A stretch of 64,000 bases of DNA from Chloroflexota bacterium (GTDB taxonomy: Bacteria > Chloroflexota > UBA11872 > VXOZ01), in NCBI GenBank assembly GCA_963663275.1, contig OY760183.1:2976001-3040000 (forward strand), given 5' to 3'. The position numbers and the translations under genes were made by a program. Shown one piece after another: positions 48,552 to 59,667 of this stretch; position 1 is the stretch's first letter; every line of letters starts with the position of its first letter. The notes beneath the pieces are model-generated. The model was not told the DNA's origin, did no database searches, and saw nothing but the letters and a program-made list of their open reading frames with translations.

Positions 48552-48901
48552 CGGTTTTCTCCCATCACTCCCGTCATGCCGGCGGAAAGCCTGCCCCGCA
48601 GGTGACACGGGACCAGAGTTCATCTTCTCATCAAACCACGCCTCGCGCCGTGGATTGAGGCCATTGTAGCGAAAATGCTTTGCGCTGGCTAGCGGCCGCC
48701 GGCGCCTCGCCCGGACCGGGTTATCAATCACGCTCACGGCTGTCAGATCATTGCCGTGTGCGGCCATGACGCCCGTGGCGTAGCGAACGAAATCTCTTCA
48801 TCCAAGCAGCGGCAACCGGAACTGGCCCCGCGAGTCGTGCCCATCGCGCGGCGCAGCCCTGCCGACGAAGTCCCTTCTCCACCAATACACCGTACCGGTT
48901 G

Positions 48902-49195
48902 TCAGGTTTGTTTCGGCGCGACAGTGAGTTGAATGCCAAATGCCGCCAGCACTTTCATCACGGTGCCGATCCTGGGGTCGCGCTCACCGGAAAGCGCCTT
49001 GTACAGGCTGGGACGCCCCAGTTGCGTCTCCTGGGCGATGGCGGTCATGCCCCTGGCGCGCGCCACGTTGCCAACCGCCTTCATGAAGAACGCCGGGTCG
49101 TTCTCTTCCAGCGCGGCCTTCAAGTACTCGATGACTACCTCGTCATCGGTGAGATACGCGGCGCTGTCCCACGTGGTGTAGTGTTCTTTGTCCAT
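48902..49195 (-). CDS. Addiction module antidote, HTH (HI1420-like)
   Basis: WDSAAYL, VARARGMTAIAQETQLGRPSLYKALS. Confidence 0.9.
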   Translation of the reverse strand: MDKEHYTTWDSAAYLTDDEVVIEYLKAALEENDPAFFMKAVGNVARARGMTAIAQETQLGRPSLYKALSGERDPRIGTVMKVLAAFGIQLTVAPKQT

Positions 49196-49204
49196 GTCAT
49201 CACC

Positions 49205-49498
49205 TCAGACCTCATTCGCCATCTGTTGGGCGTGCCGTATGTCTCGCTCCTGGCTCGGCTTGTCGCCGCCGCAGAGCAGGATTACGACCCTCTGCCGGCG
49301 GATGGTGTAGTAGATGCGATAGCCTTGACCGACATTGACGCGGATTTCGCTAACGCCGCCTCCCACAGACTTGTGGTCTCCGAAATTGCCATCTTTAGCG
49401 CGGTCGATGCGAACCAGGATTTTCGCCTGCGCTCGTTTGTCGCGCAACCGAGTCAGCCAGCGCTCGAATCTCCCACTCTTGACTACCGCATATCCCAT
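49205..49498 (-). CDS. Addiction module killer, RelE/ParE superfamily (HI1419-like)
   Basis: GNFGDHKSVGGGVSEIR, GYRIYY, LLCGGDK. Confidence 0.9.
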   Translation of the reverse strand: MGYAVVKSGRFERWLTRLRDKRAQAKILVRIDRAKDGNFGDHKSVGGGVSEIRVNVGQGYRIYYTIRRQRVVILLCGGDKPSQERDIRHAQQMANEV

Positions 49499-49632
49499 AC
49501 AGGCATTGTATCCAAATGGATACGATTAGTCAAGGGCTGTTGAGGCTTCCGCCAGTCGAGGTGTGGGCCAAAACCCGCAAGAGCACTTACGCCCGCCCAT
49601 GCCGGAAGAGGTGGCAAGACACCGCTGTTGGG

Positions 49633-50037
49633 CTACCGGCCCGGCACGGTCAGCGCCATGCTCACGACGAAGACCGCCAGCAATCCCCACCAGCGCCAGT
49701 CCGGAGGGCGCCAGCGTCCCTCGCTGCGGGTCTCAGTCCAGGCGAACGCGGCGAAGTGCGTCAGGCCCATCAGCAGCAGCGCGCCCCAGGCCCACCAGTG
49801 GCCGTCGCGGATGCCCCAGAACGCCAGCCCCCACCACGCCACGCCCATGATGAGGACGTGCATGGCAATGTGGCGCGAGAACGCCCGCAGTTCCGGCGCC
49901 GCGCCGGCCGCTAGACGCGAGGTGAGGATCTTGCCATACGGACCGTAGCCAAGCAGCGTGGCCACCGTGAGGGCAAAGTGGATGAGGGCTCCTCCAAGGA
50001 GCAGCAGCCAACCGAGGGTGAAGAGCGTTAATGGCAT
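49633..50037 (-). CDS. Small 4-TM membrane protein of unknown function
   Basis: Four hydrophobic, Trp-rich segments. Confidence 0.55.
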   Translation of the reverse strand: MPLTLFTLGWLLLLGGALIHFALTVATLLGYGPYGKILTSRLAAGAAPELRAFSRHIAMHVLIMGVAWWGLAFWGIRDGHWWAWGALLLMGLTHFAAFAWTETRSEGRWRPPDWRWWGLLAVFVVSMALTVPGR

Positions 50038-50226
50038 TGACAATCCCTGTCGCCTTTCCCGCCAACAGGACGCCTCACGGCCCGCCACGCCAGCCGCGCA
50101 ACCCAGGAGTTTTTCAATCCCTAGAATACCAGCTAACCCACGGCACGAGGGCGCGTCCCTCGTCTTGTCGCATTCAAATGCGGAGCGGCACTGCCAACGC
50201 GCCTCTCATCCGTTTGCCACGCGCCG

Positions 50227-50428
50227 GTAGGGGCACGACATGTCGTGCCCCTACCAGCGCACGCCGCGCCTCGTAGCGCGGGGGCCTTTCCGTCGCAGGT
50301 TACAAACCTGCGCTACCGGAGAACGCCGTACCGTAGCGCGGGGGCTTGTCCCCCGCCTCCCGGCGCAACTCCCTCTCCCTGGGACGGGCCTGGTTTCCCT
50401 CTCCCTGGGGAGAGGGTTAGGGTGAGGG
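50227..50428. repeat. Mosaic cluster of REP-C, REP-A, REP-B and the CCCTCTCCC family
   Basis: All four motifs occur between two same-strand genes. Confidence 0.8.
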
Positions 50429-50436
50429 GAATCCGC

Positions 50437-51636
50437 TCAGGACAACGCCCGCCGTTCGCGCAGGCGGCGCGTCTCCGGCACGAACCACGCCAGGTTGCCG
50501 GCGGCCAGCGCGCCGACGCCGGCCAGCACAATCGCGGCGAGGCCGAGACCCGTGAGGTCCGCCACCGCGCCCACCACTAGCGGCCCGCCGGTATTGCCGC
50601 CGTCGCCGATCAGCCGCCACAAGCCGAGAAACTCGCCCATGGCGTCTCGCGGCGCAAGATCGCTGCCGAGGGTCATCATCGTACCGGAGCCGAGACCGTT
50701 GCCAAGGCCCATGATCGCCGCCGCCGCCATCAGCGAAAGGTATCCGCCGGTCAGCGGCACCAGGCCCATGCCGATTCCGAGGATGATCATCGAGGGCACC
50801 GACGCCCACTTGCGCCCCATGCGGTCTTGCAGCAAGCCGGCGATGCCGAACAGCGACATGTCGATTGCCGCCGAAACCGTGAGAATCACCCCCACCGCCG
50901 CCACGTCCAAGCCCAGCACGGTGCCGCCGTAGAGCGGCACGATGATTTCGCGTCCCGCGCGGATCATCTGCGCCAGCACCTGGGCGCTGCCGGCGGCGAA
51001 GAGGTCGCGCCGGTAGGCGCCCACGATCTGCGCCATGGTGCGCCAGTGGGGGCGGGGACGCGCAACTCTGGCCGGCGCGCGCGATTCCGGCACGTACCGC
51101 AGCGTTATGAGCAGGGCCACGACCGCCAGCGCCGCCGCCAGCAGGAAGGGCGTGCGCAGCCCGAAATTCGCGCCCACGAACCCGCCGATGGCCGGGCTGG
51201 CGAACACGCCGATGCGGCTCACCCCGCCAAAGGCCGACAAGGCCCGGCCGCGCACTTCCAGCGGGATGACGTCCGAGATGAAGGCCATGCGCGAGAGCAT
51301 CCACATGGCCGTGCCGCCGCCTGAAATCAAGCGCAGCAGCACGAGCACGTAGAAATTCTCGATCAGGCCCATCAGAGCCAGGGAGACGCACGCCACACCC
51401 ACGCCCAGCAGCATCACCTTGCGGCTGCCAAAACGCGCCAGCATGACGCCGGACGGGAGGTCCATGGCCAGTGTGCCGATGCCCTTCGCGGCAACGGCCA
51501 GGCTCACCAGGCTGAACGAAACGCCGAAGGTCGTCGCGTAGATCGGCAGCGTGGGGATCAACAGGCCCAGGGTAAATGCCATCAGAAAGCTGGGCACGTA
51601 CACCGGCAGCAGGAGCGCAAAGATGCGGCGGCTCAT
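50437..51636 (-). CDS. MFS transporter
   Basis: About 12 TMs; motif A variants GVMLARFGSRK and GLLQDRMGRK. Confidence 0.9.
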   Translation of the reverse strand: MSRRIFALLLPVYVPSFLMAFTLGLLIPTLPIYATTFGVSFSLVSLAVAAKGIGTLAMDLPSGVMLARFGSRKVMLLGVGVACVSLALMGLIENFYVLVLLRLISGGGTAMWMLSRMAFISDVIPLEVRGRALSAFGGVSRIGVFASPAIGGFVGANFGLRTPFLLAAALAVVALLITLRYVPESRAPARVARPRPHWRTMAQIVGAYRRDLFAAGSAQVLAQMIRAGREIIVPLYGGTVLGLDVAAVGVILTVSAAIDMSLFGIAGLLQDRMGRKWASVPSMIILGIGMGLVPLTGGYLSLMAAAAIMGLGNGLGSGTMMTLGSDLAPRDAMGEFLGLWRLIGDGGNTGGPLVVGAVADLTGLGLAAIVLAGVGALAAGNLAWFVPETRRLRERRALS

Positions 51637-51885
51637 GGCTCAGGCGGGCAAGCGTCGGGAACGGCGGCGGGCCGTACTCGATTGGGGGGATGAGATAGGT
51701 AGCGGGGCCGCCGGGCCGGAGACGGACGCGCCGGGCCTCACGCCCATCTGGCGCGCCGACCGAGAATTTGTCATGGGAATGGTCGCCATCCGGCCTCAGG
51801 GAGAACAGGCGCTCGCATGGTATCCGGCGCGGGGTGCGCGCCGCGTCTTAATATAGCACAAGCGGTTGGCGCCGCTCGGCCGCGG

Positions 51886-52118
51886 GCGCGGGTTCCAAAC
51901 CTGCGCTACGGGAGATGCGGTCTGCTGGAGATAGAGCACGCAGGTTGCAAACCTGCGCTACCCGATGGACGGCTGCCGGGGTCGCCCTGCGCAGGTTGCA
52001 AACCTGCCCTACCGGAGATGCGGGCTGTTGGAGACAGGACACGCAGGTTCCAAACCTGCGCTACCGGAGATGAAGGCTGCCGAGCGTGCGCCCCGCAGGT
52101 TCCAAACCTGCGCTGCCG
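51886..52118. repeat. Tandem of 5 REP-B copies (GCAGGTT.CAAACCTGCGCTAC), about 51-bp period
   Basis: Repeated unit with related linkers (ggagatgcgg.ctg.tggaga). Confidence 0.8.
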
Positions 52119-52165
52119 GAGGTGCGGATTGCCGGAGGCGCGGCGCGCCGCCAGTCCTAAACGGC

Positions 52166-52194
52166 TTGCATAGATGCCAAAAGTCCAGTATACT
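52166..52194 (+). promoter_or_regulatory. Sigma70-type promoter
   Basis: TTGCAT-17 bp-TATACT. Confidence 0.5.
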
Positions 52195-52340
52195 TGGGCA
52201 ATCGTCTCCCATTGGGCGCGGCGCGCGTGGACGAGAGCGGACGCGAACGGGGCGCCGTCGCTCGCGGCTTCGCCGGTTTCTTGCCCGCCGCCCGATGCGA
52301 TGCGTGCAGCGGTGAGACCCAGCGCAAGGAGAGTTTCGCA

Positions 52341-52619
52341 GTGTCACCCGAGGATCGCACGATTATCTGCCAGGAGTGCAGCGAACCGTTCGTGTTTACG
52401 AGCGGCGAGCAGACTTTCTACCAGGAGAAAGGCCTCATGCACGAGCCGCGCCGCTGTCCGGATTGCCGCACCGCGCGCCGGCGCGAACGCTACGGCGAAC
52501 GGCAGATGCACGAAGGCGTCTGCGCGGACTGCGGCAGCGTGGCGCGCGTGCCGTTCGTGCCCCGCGACGATCGTCCCATCTACTGCAGCGACTGCTTCAC
52601 CAAGCGCCGCGCCAGCTAG
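52341..52619 (+). CDS. Zinc-ribbon protein with CxxC-x17-CxxC domain
   Basis: DRTIICQEC..FVFTSGEQTFY..PRRCPDCR and CADCG...PIYCSDCF; AAGGAG RBS. Confidence 0.88.
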   Translation: MSPEDRTIICQECSEPFVFTSGEQTFYQEKGLMHEPRRCPDCRTARRRERYGERQMHEGVCADCGSVARVPFVPRDDRPIYCSDCFTKRRAS

Positions 52620-52775
52620 CCCCACGCGCTTGCTCCCGCCCGGTCCCGGTTGGCGGGACCGCTGCCGGACGCGCCGCGCACGCCGACCATTCGGTCGCGG
52701 CGCGCGCAGGTCCTCCCCCGCACGGCGCGCGGCAAACGCGCTCACCGGCGCGGCATCCACCCAAAGTTGGGCTAT

Positions 52776-52832
52776 TTGACAAGGTTTTCGCCGTTTGGTA
52801 GGCTTGACTAAGGGAGACAGGCCTTTTATAAT
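52776..52832 (+). promoter_or_regulatory. Tandem sigma70 promoters for rho
   Basis: TTGACA-17-TAGGCT (52776-52804) and TTGACT-17-TATAAT (52804-52832). Confidence 0.7.
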
Positions 52833-53293
52833 CCTCTCATCCGCCGGCGCTGCCGTCCGCTTGCATTGCCAGTAACACGTATCCGCCCCGGCATCGCTCT
52901 GCTATCCACAGATTCTATCCGGTTACCCCTTACCTATTATCGACGCCTCGGCTATTTTCATATCGGCTACACGCTGCAACGCTCAGGTTTCACAATTCGC
53001 AGGTAATGGCGTACCGCACGTAAACAAGACGCGGCAGGGTTGGCCTAGCGGGAACCCGGCCGCATTTCACCCGCCGCATCGGCCCTGCAGTGCTTTGCCA
53101 AACCCCGGTCCGGCGCGCGCCTTGCGCGCAACCGCACACGTTAAGGAGGGCGCACCTGTCAGCAGTACTACCCATTCGCAAACGTGGCCGACAAAAGTCG
53201 CATCGTCGCCGCAATCGTTCTACCAAATCGTGGATGCAACGCAACGGAACGCACCACGCATCCAAGCCACGCAGCAAAAGGAGTGACCCCGGA

Positions 53294-54550
53294 GTGCAAT
53301 ATGCTGATCTAGACGCCAAGCCTCTGGCTGAATTGCGAGAACGCGCAAGAGAACTGGGTATCAGCGGTTACTCAGTGCTCAAGAAGCACGAACTCGTCAA
53401 CCGGCTATTGCAGGCGCAATCCGAAGAACAGGGCAACCTCTACCGCACCGGGCTCCTGGAGACGATCGACGACGGCTACGGCTTCCTGCGCCTGCATCGC
53501 TACTGGAACACCGGCTGGGCGGAAGACGTCTACGTCGCGCCCACCCAGATTCGCCGCCTGAGCCTGCGCACCGGCGACATGATCGCCGGCCAGGTGCGCC
53601 CGCCGAAAGAGGGCGAAAAGTACTACGGCCTCCTGCGGGTGGAAACCGTCAATAATCTGGACCCAGAAGAGGCGAAGCGCCGCCCGCACTTCGAGACCCT
53701 GACGGCGGTCTTCCCCGACGACCGCCTCAACCTGGAGACGGCTTCCCGCGGCATTACGGGACGACTCATCAATCTCGTCTCGCCAATCGGCCGGGGCCAG
53801 CGCGGCCTCGTGGTCGCGCCGCCCAAGACCGGCAAGACGATGCTCCTGCAGAGCATTGCCAACGCCGTGATGACCAACTATCCCGAAGTGCACGTGATGG
53901 TGGTGCTCATCGGCGAACGCCCGGAGGAAGTGACGGACTGGGAGCGGAGCGTCGGCGCTGAGGTCGTCGCTTCCACCTTCGACGAGATGCCGGAAAACCA
54001 GACGCGCATCGCCGAACTGGCCCTGGAACGCGCCAAGCGCATGGTGGAGGGCGGGCAGGACGTGATGGTGCTCCTCGACTCCATCACCCGCCTCACCCGC
54101 GCCTTCAACCAGGCCATCCCGCCCAGCGGCCGCACCCTCTCCGGCGGTATCGATCCGGCCGCCATCTACCCGCCGAAACGCTTCTTCGGCGCGGGCCGCA
54201 ACGTGGACAACGGCGGCAGCCTGACCATGATCGCCACCTGCCTGGTGGAGACGGAAAGCCGCATGGACGACGTCATCTACGAGGAGTTCAAGGGCACCGG
54301 CAACATGGAACTGCGGCTGGACCGCAAGTTTGCCGAGCGCAGGATCTTCCCGGCAATCGACGTGGCCCGTTCCGGCACCCGCCGCGAAGAACTGCTGCTG
54401 GAGTCGGTTACGCTCCAAAAGGTGATTACGCTCCGGCGAATGTTGGCCGCCCTCGGCAATACCGAAGGCTACGAGGCCATGCTCAACCGGCTGGAACGCA
54501 CTAAGTCGAACGCCGACTTCCTGGCGCGGCTGAGCAAAGACGCGGTATAG
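53294..54550 (+). CDS. rho: Transcription termination factor Rho
   Basis: [41 protein letters not shown]; GTG start after AAGGAG. Confidence 0.97.
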   Translation: MQYADLDAKPLAELRERARELGISGYSVLKKHELVNRLLQAQSEEQGNLYRTGLLETIDDGYGFLRLHRYWNTGWAEDVYVAPTQIRRLSLRTGDMIAGQVRPPKEGEKYYGLLRVETVNNLDPEEAKRRPHFETLTAVFPDDRLNLETASRGITGRLINLVSPIGRGQRGLVVAPPKTGKTMLLQSIANAVMTNYPEVHVMVVLIGERPEEVTDWERSVGAEVVASTFDEMPENQTRIAELALERAKRMVEGGQDVMVLLDSITRLTRAFNQAIPPSGRTLSGGIDPAAIYPPKRFFGAGRNVDNGGSLTMIATCLVETESRMDDVIYEEFKGTGNMELRLDRKFAERRIFPAIDVARSGTRREELLLESVTLQKVITLRRMLAALGNTEGYEAMLNRLERTKSNADFLARLSKDAV

Positions 54551-54584
54551 GCGCGCCGCGCCAGGCGGCCGCCGTCTCGCAAAG

Positions 54585-55778
54585 ATGAACGCTTCCGCTC
54601 CGCACAGGCGTCCGTCATGCCCGAGGCCGCTCTGGCTTGCGCTCGTTTCTTGGCTCTTCCTGGCCTTAACCGCGTGCGCGGCGCTCGGTACTCCCCGCGC
54701 GCCGCTGGCACTCGACGTGCATCCGGCGACGCTGCGCGCGGACGGCGACGGCGCGGTAACCATCCGGTATTACGTCGCGCATGAGTCGATTGTCTCGCTG
54801 GCGTTGCGTGGCACCGACGGCGAGTCGTTCATCCTGCGCGACCGCGTGCCCCGCGCGCCGGGGACGTACACTTTCCGCTTCCAGGGGGCGGTTGCGGGCC
54901 GCGTCCTGCCAAACGGCCAGTATGAGGTCGTCGCCACCCGTAGCGATCCGGCCGGCGGCGAACCCATCGAGCGGCGCCGGCCGCTCACCATCATCGACGC
55001 CGATACCGCGCCCCCGGCCCTGGACGACCTCAGCGTAGCGCCGGCCGTGCTCACACCCAACCAGGACGGCGTGGACGACCGCTTGGAAGTCGCGTTCACC
55101 GCAACCGAACCCGTGACCGTGGATGCGCACCTGCTTGCGGGCAATGAAGTCCGCTGGTTGGCGCGTGAGTACGCCGCCGGCCCGGGCGCGGTGCGAGTGT
55201 CCTGGCCCCCGCCGCTGCGCCACGCGCCGCTGCTCAATCGAGCGGTGGACCGCCTGCCCGCCGGCCCGGCCCAGGTGGAGGTCGCGATCCAGGACAAAGC
55301 CGGCAATCGCACCGTCGCGCGCCGTGAAATCGCCCTCGGCGAGAGCGGCACGCCCCGGGCGCGGCTCACCGGCGTGACGATCGCGCCCGCGGCCCCACGC
55401 GCCGGCGGCACGCTGACGATTACCGCCACGCTCACCAACACCGGCGCGGTCACCCTGCGCGCGGCGCCGGCAGGCCCGGCCGGCTACGCCTGGCGCGAGA
55501 ACGCCCACACGCTGGGCTACCCCGCCGCCCCGGGAACCGTGCGCTGGGGCGTGGACTACTCGCTCAACCGCAGCGGGGTCGCCTATCCGTTTCGCTGGAG
55601 CCTGGGCCGCGACCTCGCGCCGGGTGAAAGCGCGGCGGTGAGCGGCACAATCCGGCTGGACGACACCTTCCCCGCTGAACCGGTCAATCTCTGGGCCGGC
55701 GTCATCCACGAGCACAACCGCATCCTCGCCGACAAGCGCGGCGTTACCCGCGTCCAACGCGCCAGCGCGGCTGAATAG
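54585..55778 (+). CDS. Lipoprotein with FlgD/Ig-like beta-sandwich domains
   Basis: LTAC lipobox, LPNGQYEV, TPNQDGVDD, DKAGNRT. Confidence 0.6.
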   Translation: MNASAPHRRPSCPRPLWLALVSWLFLALTACAALGTPRAPLALDVHPATLRADGDGAVTIRYYVAHESIVSLALRGTDGESFILRDRVPRAPGTYTFRFQGAVAGRVLPNGQYEVVATRSDPAGGEPIERRRPLTIIDADTAPPALDDLSVAPAVLTPNQDGVDDRLEVAFTATEPVTVDAHLLAGNEVRWLAREYAAGPGAVRVSWPPPLRHAPLLNRAVDRLPAGPAQVEVAIQDKAGNRTVARREIALGESGTPRARLTGVTIAPAAPRAGGTLTITATLTNTGAVTLRAAPAGPAGYAWRENAHTLGYPAAPGTVRWGVDYSLNRSGVAYPFRWSLGRDLAPGESAAVSGTIRLDDTFPAEPVNLWAGVIHEHNRILADKRGVTRVQRASAAE

Positions 55779-55842
55779 GGAGGAAAACCCCCGACGCCCT
55801 GCTAAGCTCGTCGATACGGCGGAACTGAGGTGTCTTCCCGCC

Positions 55843-56155
55843 GAGGTCTTTGCAAACCTCTTACCCATCGAGGGTTGACAGGGTAGGCAATCTTGAATCG
55901 GCTTAACGTGTCATTCCGAACGGAGCGGAGCGCAGTGAGGAATCTAAGGCTAGGACCCGCAAATCCAGCAGTTCTAGATTCCTCGCTCCGCTCGGAATGA
56001 CACGTGTAGTGGGATGTAGCATGCATACTCCTGTCAGCCCATTGAGGGGAAAGGTTGGGATGGGGGTGAAAGGGATTGACTTCATCCCATCTTCAGTTGT
56101 AACGGCGCCCTAGATTCCGGCTTCCGCCGGAATGACGGAGCTATGCACTAATCTC
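55843..56155. mobile_element. MITE family B copy
   Basis: gaggtctttgcaaacc ... gctatgcactaatctc with the same internal modules as 28757-29072. Confidence 0.68.
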
Positions 56156-56198
56156 ACCAGGGACAGCGGCTGCCGCACGCGCGCCAAGCGAGACGCCT

Positions 56199-57176
56199 AT
56201 GCCTGTTGACTGCGCCTTCTACCAACGCATCATCGAAACGTGCTTCCCGGACGTGCGCGTGACGGGCATCCGCTTCCTGGGCGGCGGCACCTGCCGGGTA
56301 TTCGCCGTCAACCGCAGCCTCATCTTCCGCTTTCCCCACGGCGGCGGCTCCGTTTACGAAGACGGCCCAATCGAGGACGACGGCGCGTTCCTCTTCCACG
56401 AGCGGCGCGTCTACGACAGCGTAGCCCCGCTGCTGCCGCTGCCGGTTCCGCGCTTTCGCTACTTTAGCGCGGGCTGCCGGCAGTTTCCCTATCCGGTGGC
56501 CGGCTATGAGCGGCTGCCCGGCCGCAGCCTGTCCGCCTGCGCCCTCGCGCCGCCGGAACAGGAGCGCGCCGCCGGGCAGATCGGCGCGTTTCTCTCCGCG
56601 CTCCACGCCATACCGCTGCGCGCGCTGCCCGCCGCACTCAGGCCCCCGCCGCCGGCTGAACGCGGACGCGCCAACGCCCGCGGCCTCTTTCGCCAGGTAG
56701 AAGCGCGGGCGTTCCCGCTGCTGAGTGCGGCGGAGCGGGACTGGACGCGCCGCCTCTTCCAGGAAGTGATTGACAATCACACCCTCTGGGAGCTCGCGCC
56801 CGTCTTCACTCACGGAGACTTCGACGGCTCGAACATCCTCTATGACGAGGCTCGCGGCGCGGTCAGCGGCGTGATCGACTTCGAGGAAGCCGGGCAGAAC
56901 GGCGATCCGGCGGTAGACTTCTGCGCGCTGCTGGCGGGTTTCGGCCAAGCCTTCCTGGATGCCGCGCTCGCCGCCTACACCCGCGAGGTGTCCGCCGCCA
57001 TGCGCCGCCGCATCGACCTCTGCGCCAAGCGCATCCTCTTCATCGAGTTGCTCTACGGCATCCAGGCCGATGACCACCGCTTCATCGACAACGCCCGGCA
57101 GCGCCTCCACCGGGCCAGGCACAATATCGACCCCATCGGCGACTGGCTGGACGTCTCCACCAGCGAGACCCGATAA
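56199..57176 (+). CDS. Aminoglycoside phosphotransferase (APH)-like kinase
   Basis: IFRFP, HGDFDGSNIL, GVIDF, GDPAVD. Confidence 0.82.
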   Translation: MPVDCAFYQRIIETCFPDVRVTGIRFLGGGTCRVFAVNRSLIFRFPHGGGSVYEDGPIEDDGAFLFHERRVYDSVAPLLPLPVPRFRYFSAGCRQFPYPVAGYERLPGRSLSACALAPPEQERAAGQIGAFLSALHAIPLRALPAALRPPPPAERGRANARGLFRQVEARAFPLLSAAERDWTRRLFQEVIDNHTLWELAPVFTHGDFDGSNILYDEARGAVSGVIDFEEAGQNGDPAVDFCALLAGFGQAFLDAALAAYTREVSAAMRRRIDLCAKRILFIELLYGIQADDHRFIDNARQRLHRARHNIDPIGDWLDVSTSETR

Positions 57177-57360
57177 GGTCATTCACCGCCTATCCCGGGC
57201 CCAGCGGCGGCGCGGCGGTGCGCCAACTGCTCGGCAGGCCCGGCGAGGTCTGGGGAGCGGAATCCGGCGTGGACGCGCCGGTCGTGGCCCGCACCGGCTA
57301 GCTAATTGCATAGTGCCCGGGAAGGCGTGGCCGTTTGCGGTCGCGCGCTTATGTCAACTT

Positions 57361-57834
57361 CTACCGGCCGGCGTTCTCAAACCCCTCGTCAACCGGCAGG
57401 TTCTTGCCCCGAGCGGCCGTGTTGGCCAGCGTATCGCAGCGCTCGTTCTCCGTGATTCCCACGTGGGCGGGCACCCACTTGAACGTCACGCGGTGGGTGG
57501 CGGTCAGGTCGAGCAGCCGTTTCCAGAGGTCCGGATTGGCGGCTTCCCCGCGCTTGCCGCGCTGCCACCCGTCCGCCCGCCAGCGCCGCGCCCAGCCCTT
57601 GGACATCGCGTCCACAAGGTATTTGGAGTCGCTGTGCAGAGTCACCGCGCACGGCTCGGACAGGCATTCCAACGCGAGGATGGCGGCCAGCAACTCCATC
57701 CGGTTGTTGGTGGTCTTGCGAAAACCGCCGGAAATCTCCTTGCGAAACCGGTTGAAGATAACCACCGCGCCATAGCCGCCCGGCCCCGGATTCCCAATGC
57801 ACGCGCCGTCGGTGTAGATGGTGACACGCTTCAT
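57361..57834 (-). CDS. rnhA: Ribonuclease HI
   Basis: [31 protein letters not shown]. Confidence 0.96.
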   Translation of the reverse strand: MKRVTIYTDGACIGNPGPGGYGAVVIFNRFRKEISGGFRKTTNNRMELLAAILALECLSEPCAVTLHSDSKYLVDAMSKGWARRWRADGWQRGKRGEAANPDLWKRLLDLTATHRVTFKWVPAHVGITENERCDTLANTAARGKNLPVDEGFENAGR

Positions 57835-57879
57835 AGACAGGTATCGTCGCTAGCGCGGGAGGAAGGCCGGTCGGCGCGC

Positions 57880-58344
57880 CTAGATTTGCTCCAGCAGGTT
57901 CGCCATTTCCAGCGCGGCCAAGGCGGCGTCGAAGCCCTTGTTGCCGAGTTTCGTGCCGGCGCGTTCCATGGCTTGTTCCAGGGACTCCGCCGCGATCAGG
58001 CCGTTGATGACGGGCACGTCGTGGGCCAGCGCGACGTGGGCGATGCCGCTGGCGGCGCCGTCAGCCACGTGCTCGAAGTGCACGGTAGCCCCCCGGATCA
58101 CCACGCCCAGGCAGATGACGGCGCTGTACCTGCCGGTGGCCGCCAGACGTTGGGCCGCAAGCGGGATTTCCAGCGAGCCGGGCACGCGCGCGACGTCGAT
58201 CGCGTCGTCCCCTACGCCGTGGCGGGTCAGGCCGTCAACCGCGCCTTGGATGAGACGGTCGACGAACAGTTCGTTGAAGCGCGCCGCCACGATGCCGAAG
58301 CGGTGGTCTCCGGCTGCCAGCGTGCCTTCGATGGTGCGTGCCAC
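57880..58344 (-). CDS. ribH: 6,7-dimethyl-8-ribityllumazine synthase
   Basis: ARFN, VPGSLEIP, VIRGATVHF, GNKG. Confidence 0.96.
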   Translation of the reverse strand: MARTIEGTLAAGDHRFGIVAARFNELFVDRLIQGAVDGLTRHGVGDDAIDVARVPGSLEIPLAAQRLAATGRYSAVICLGVVIRGATVHFEHVADGAASGIAHVALAHDVPVINGLIAAESLEQAMERAGTKLGNKGFDAALAALEMANLLEQI

Positions 58345-58352
58345 GGGCGCAT

Positions 58353-59570
58353 CTACTCCGTGTCTTGCGCGGCCAGGGAAAGATCGTGTCCCAGTCTATC
58401 ACGTTTCGTCTGCAGATAGCGCAGGTTCTCGCTGTTTGGTTCCACGTTCAGGGGCACGCGCTCGGTCATTTCCAGGCCGTAGACGCTCAAGGCCGCCGCC
58501 TTGATGGGACTGTTGGTAAGCAGCCGCACTTTGTACGCGCCCAGGTCCTTGAGCACCTGGCAGCCGAAACCGTAGTGGCGCTGGTCCGCGCCCAAGCCCA
58601 GGCGGTGGTTGGCCTCTACCGTATCCATCCCGTCGTCCTGCAATTCGTAGGCGCGCATCTTGTTCATCAGCCCGATGCCGCGCCCTTCCTGGTTCAGGTA
58701 GAGGATTATGCCCGCGCCTTCTTCCTGCACCATGCGCATGGCAAGGCGCAGTTGCATGCCGCAATCGCAGCGCAGCGAGCCGAGGGCGTCGCCGGTGGCG
58801 CACTGGGAGTGGACGCGCACCAGCACGGGCTCGTCCGGCGTAATCTCGCCGACGATGAGGGCAATGCCCTCCTGCCGGTCGGCGGTGCTCTCGTACGCAA
58901 GCGCCGTAAACTCCCCCACCTCCGTGGGAATGCGGCTGCGGGCCACGCGCCGGGCAATCGACTCCGTGCGGTAGCGGTACTCGATCAGGTCGGCAATGCT
59001 GATGATCGAGATGCCGTGCCTGGCGGCGAACTCCTCCAGTTGCGGCAAGCGCATCATCTGGCCGTCTTCGTCCATGATCTCGCAGACCACCGCGCCCGGG
59101 TAGAGGCCGGCCAGTTTGGCCAGGTCGATGCTGGCCTCCGTGTGGCCGGCGCGCACGAGCACGCCGCCGTCGCACGCGCGCAAGGGAAAGGTGTGCCCCG
59201 GCATGATCAGGTCGCTGGGCGTGGTAGCCGGGTCAACCAGCGCCTTGATGGTGGTCGCCCGGTCGAACGCCGATATGCCGCTGGCGACGCCGTGGCGCGA
59301 CTCCACCGAGACGGTAAAAGCCGTGCCGTACATGGTGTTGTTGTTCGACACCATCAGCGGGATGCGCAGTTCGTCCAACCGTTGGCCGGTGAGGGGCGCG
59401 CAGATCAGGCCGCGCCCGTGCTTGGCCATGAAGTTGATCTGCTCCGGCGTGATCTTCTCCGCGGCAATGCAAAGATCGCCTTCGTTCTCCCGGTCTTTGT
59501 CATCGATGATGATGACGAAGTTCCCTTGGCGGTATTCTCTGATTGCTTCTTCGACCGTTGCCAGTGGCAT
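58353..59570 (-). CDS. ribBA: Bifunctional DHBP synthase / GTP cyclohydrolase II
   Basis: DRENEGD, GHTEA, RVHSQCATGD, CDCG, QEGRGIGL. Confidence 0.96.
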   Translation of the reverse strand: MPLATVEEAIREYRQGNFVIIIDDKDRENEGDLCIAAEKITPEQINFMAKHGRGLICAPLTGQRLDELRIPLMVSNNNTMYGTAFTVSVESRHGVASGISAFDRATTIKALVDPATTPSDLIMPGHTFPLRACDGGVLVRAGHTEASIDLAKLAGLYPGAVVCEIMDEDGQMMRLPQLEEFAARHGISIISIADLIEYRYRTESIARRVARSRIPTEVGEFTALAYESTADRQEGIALIVGEITPDEPVLVRVHSQCATGDALGSLRCDCGMQLRLAMRMVQEEGAGIILYLNQEGRGIGLMNKMRAYELQDDGMDTVEANHRLGLGADQRHYGFGCQVLKDLGAYKVRLLTNSPIKAAALSVYGLEMTERVPLNVEPNSENLRYLQTKRDRLGHDLSLAAQDTE

Positions 59571-59667
59571 TCGTGTCGCTTCCTTGCGTGTATCGCCCGC
59601 GCCCACTTACCCGGTGTCGAGTCTTGGACAGACTGTGCCAGTTGCCTTGCCCATCCCAGCGTGACCC

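Noticed and set aside
51886-52118. Possible CRISPR array
   Set aside because: Degenerate repeats with related linkers; REP-B family
56199-57176. Bona fide aminoglycoside resistance gene
   Set aside because: Only generic APH/choline-kinase-like motifs; substrate cannot be assigned from sequence
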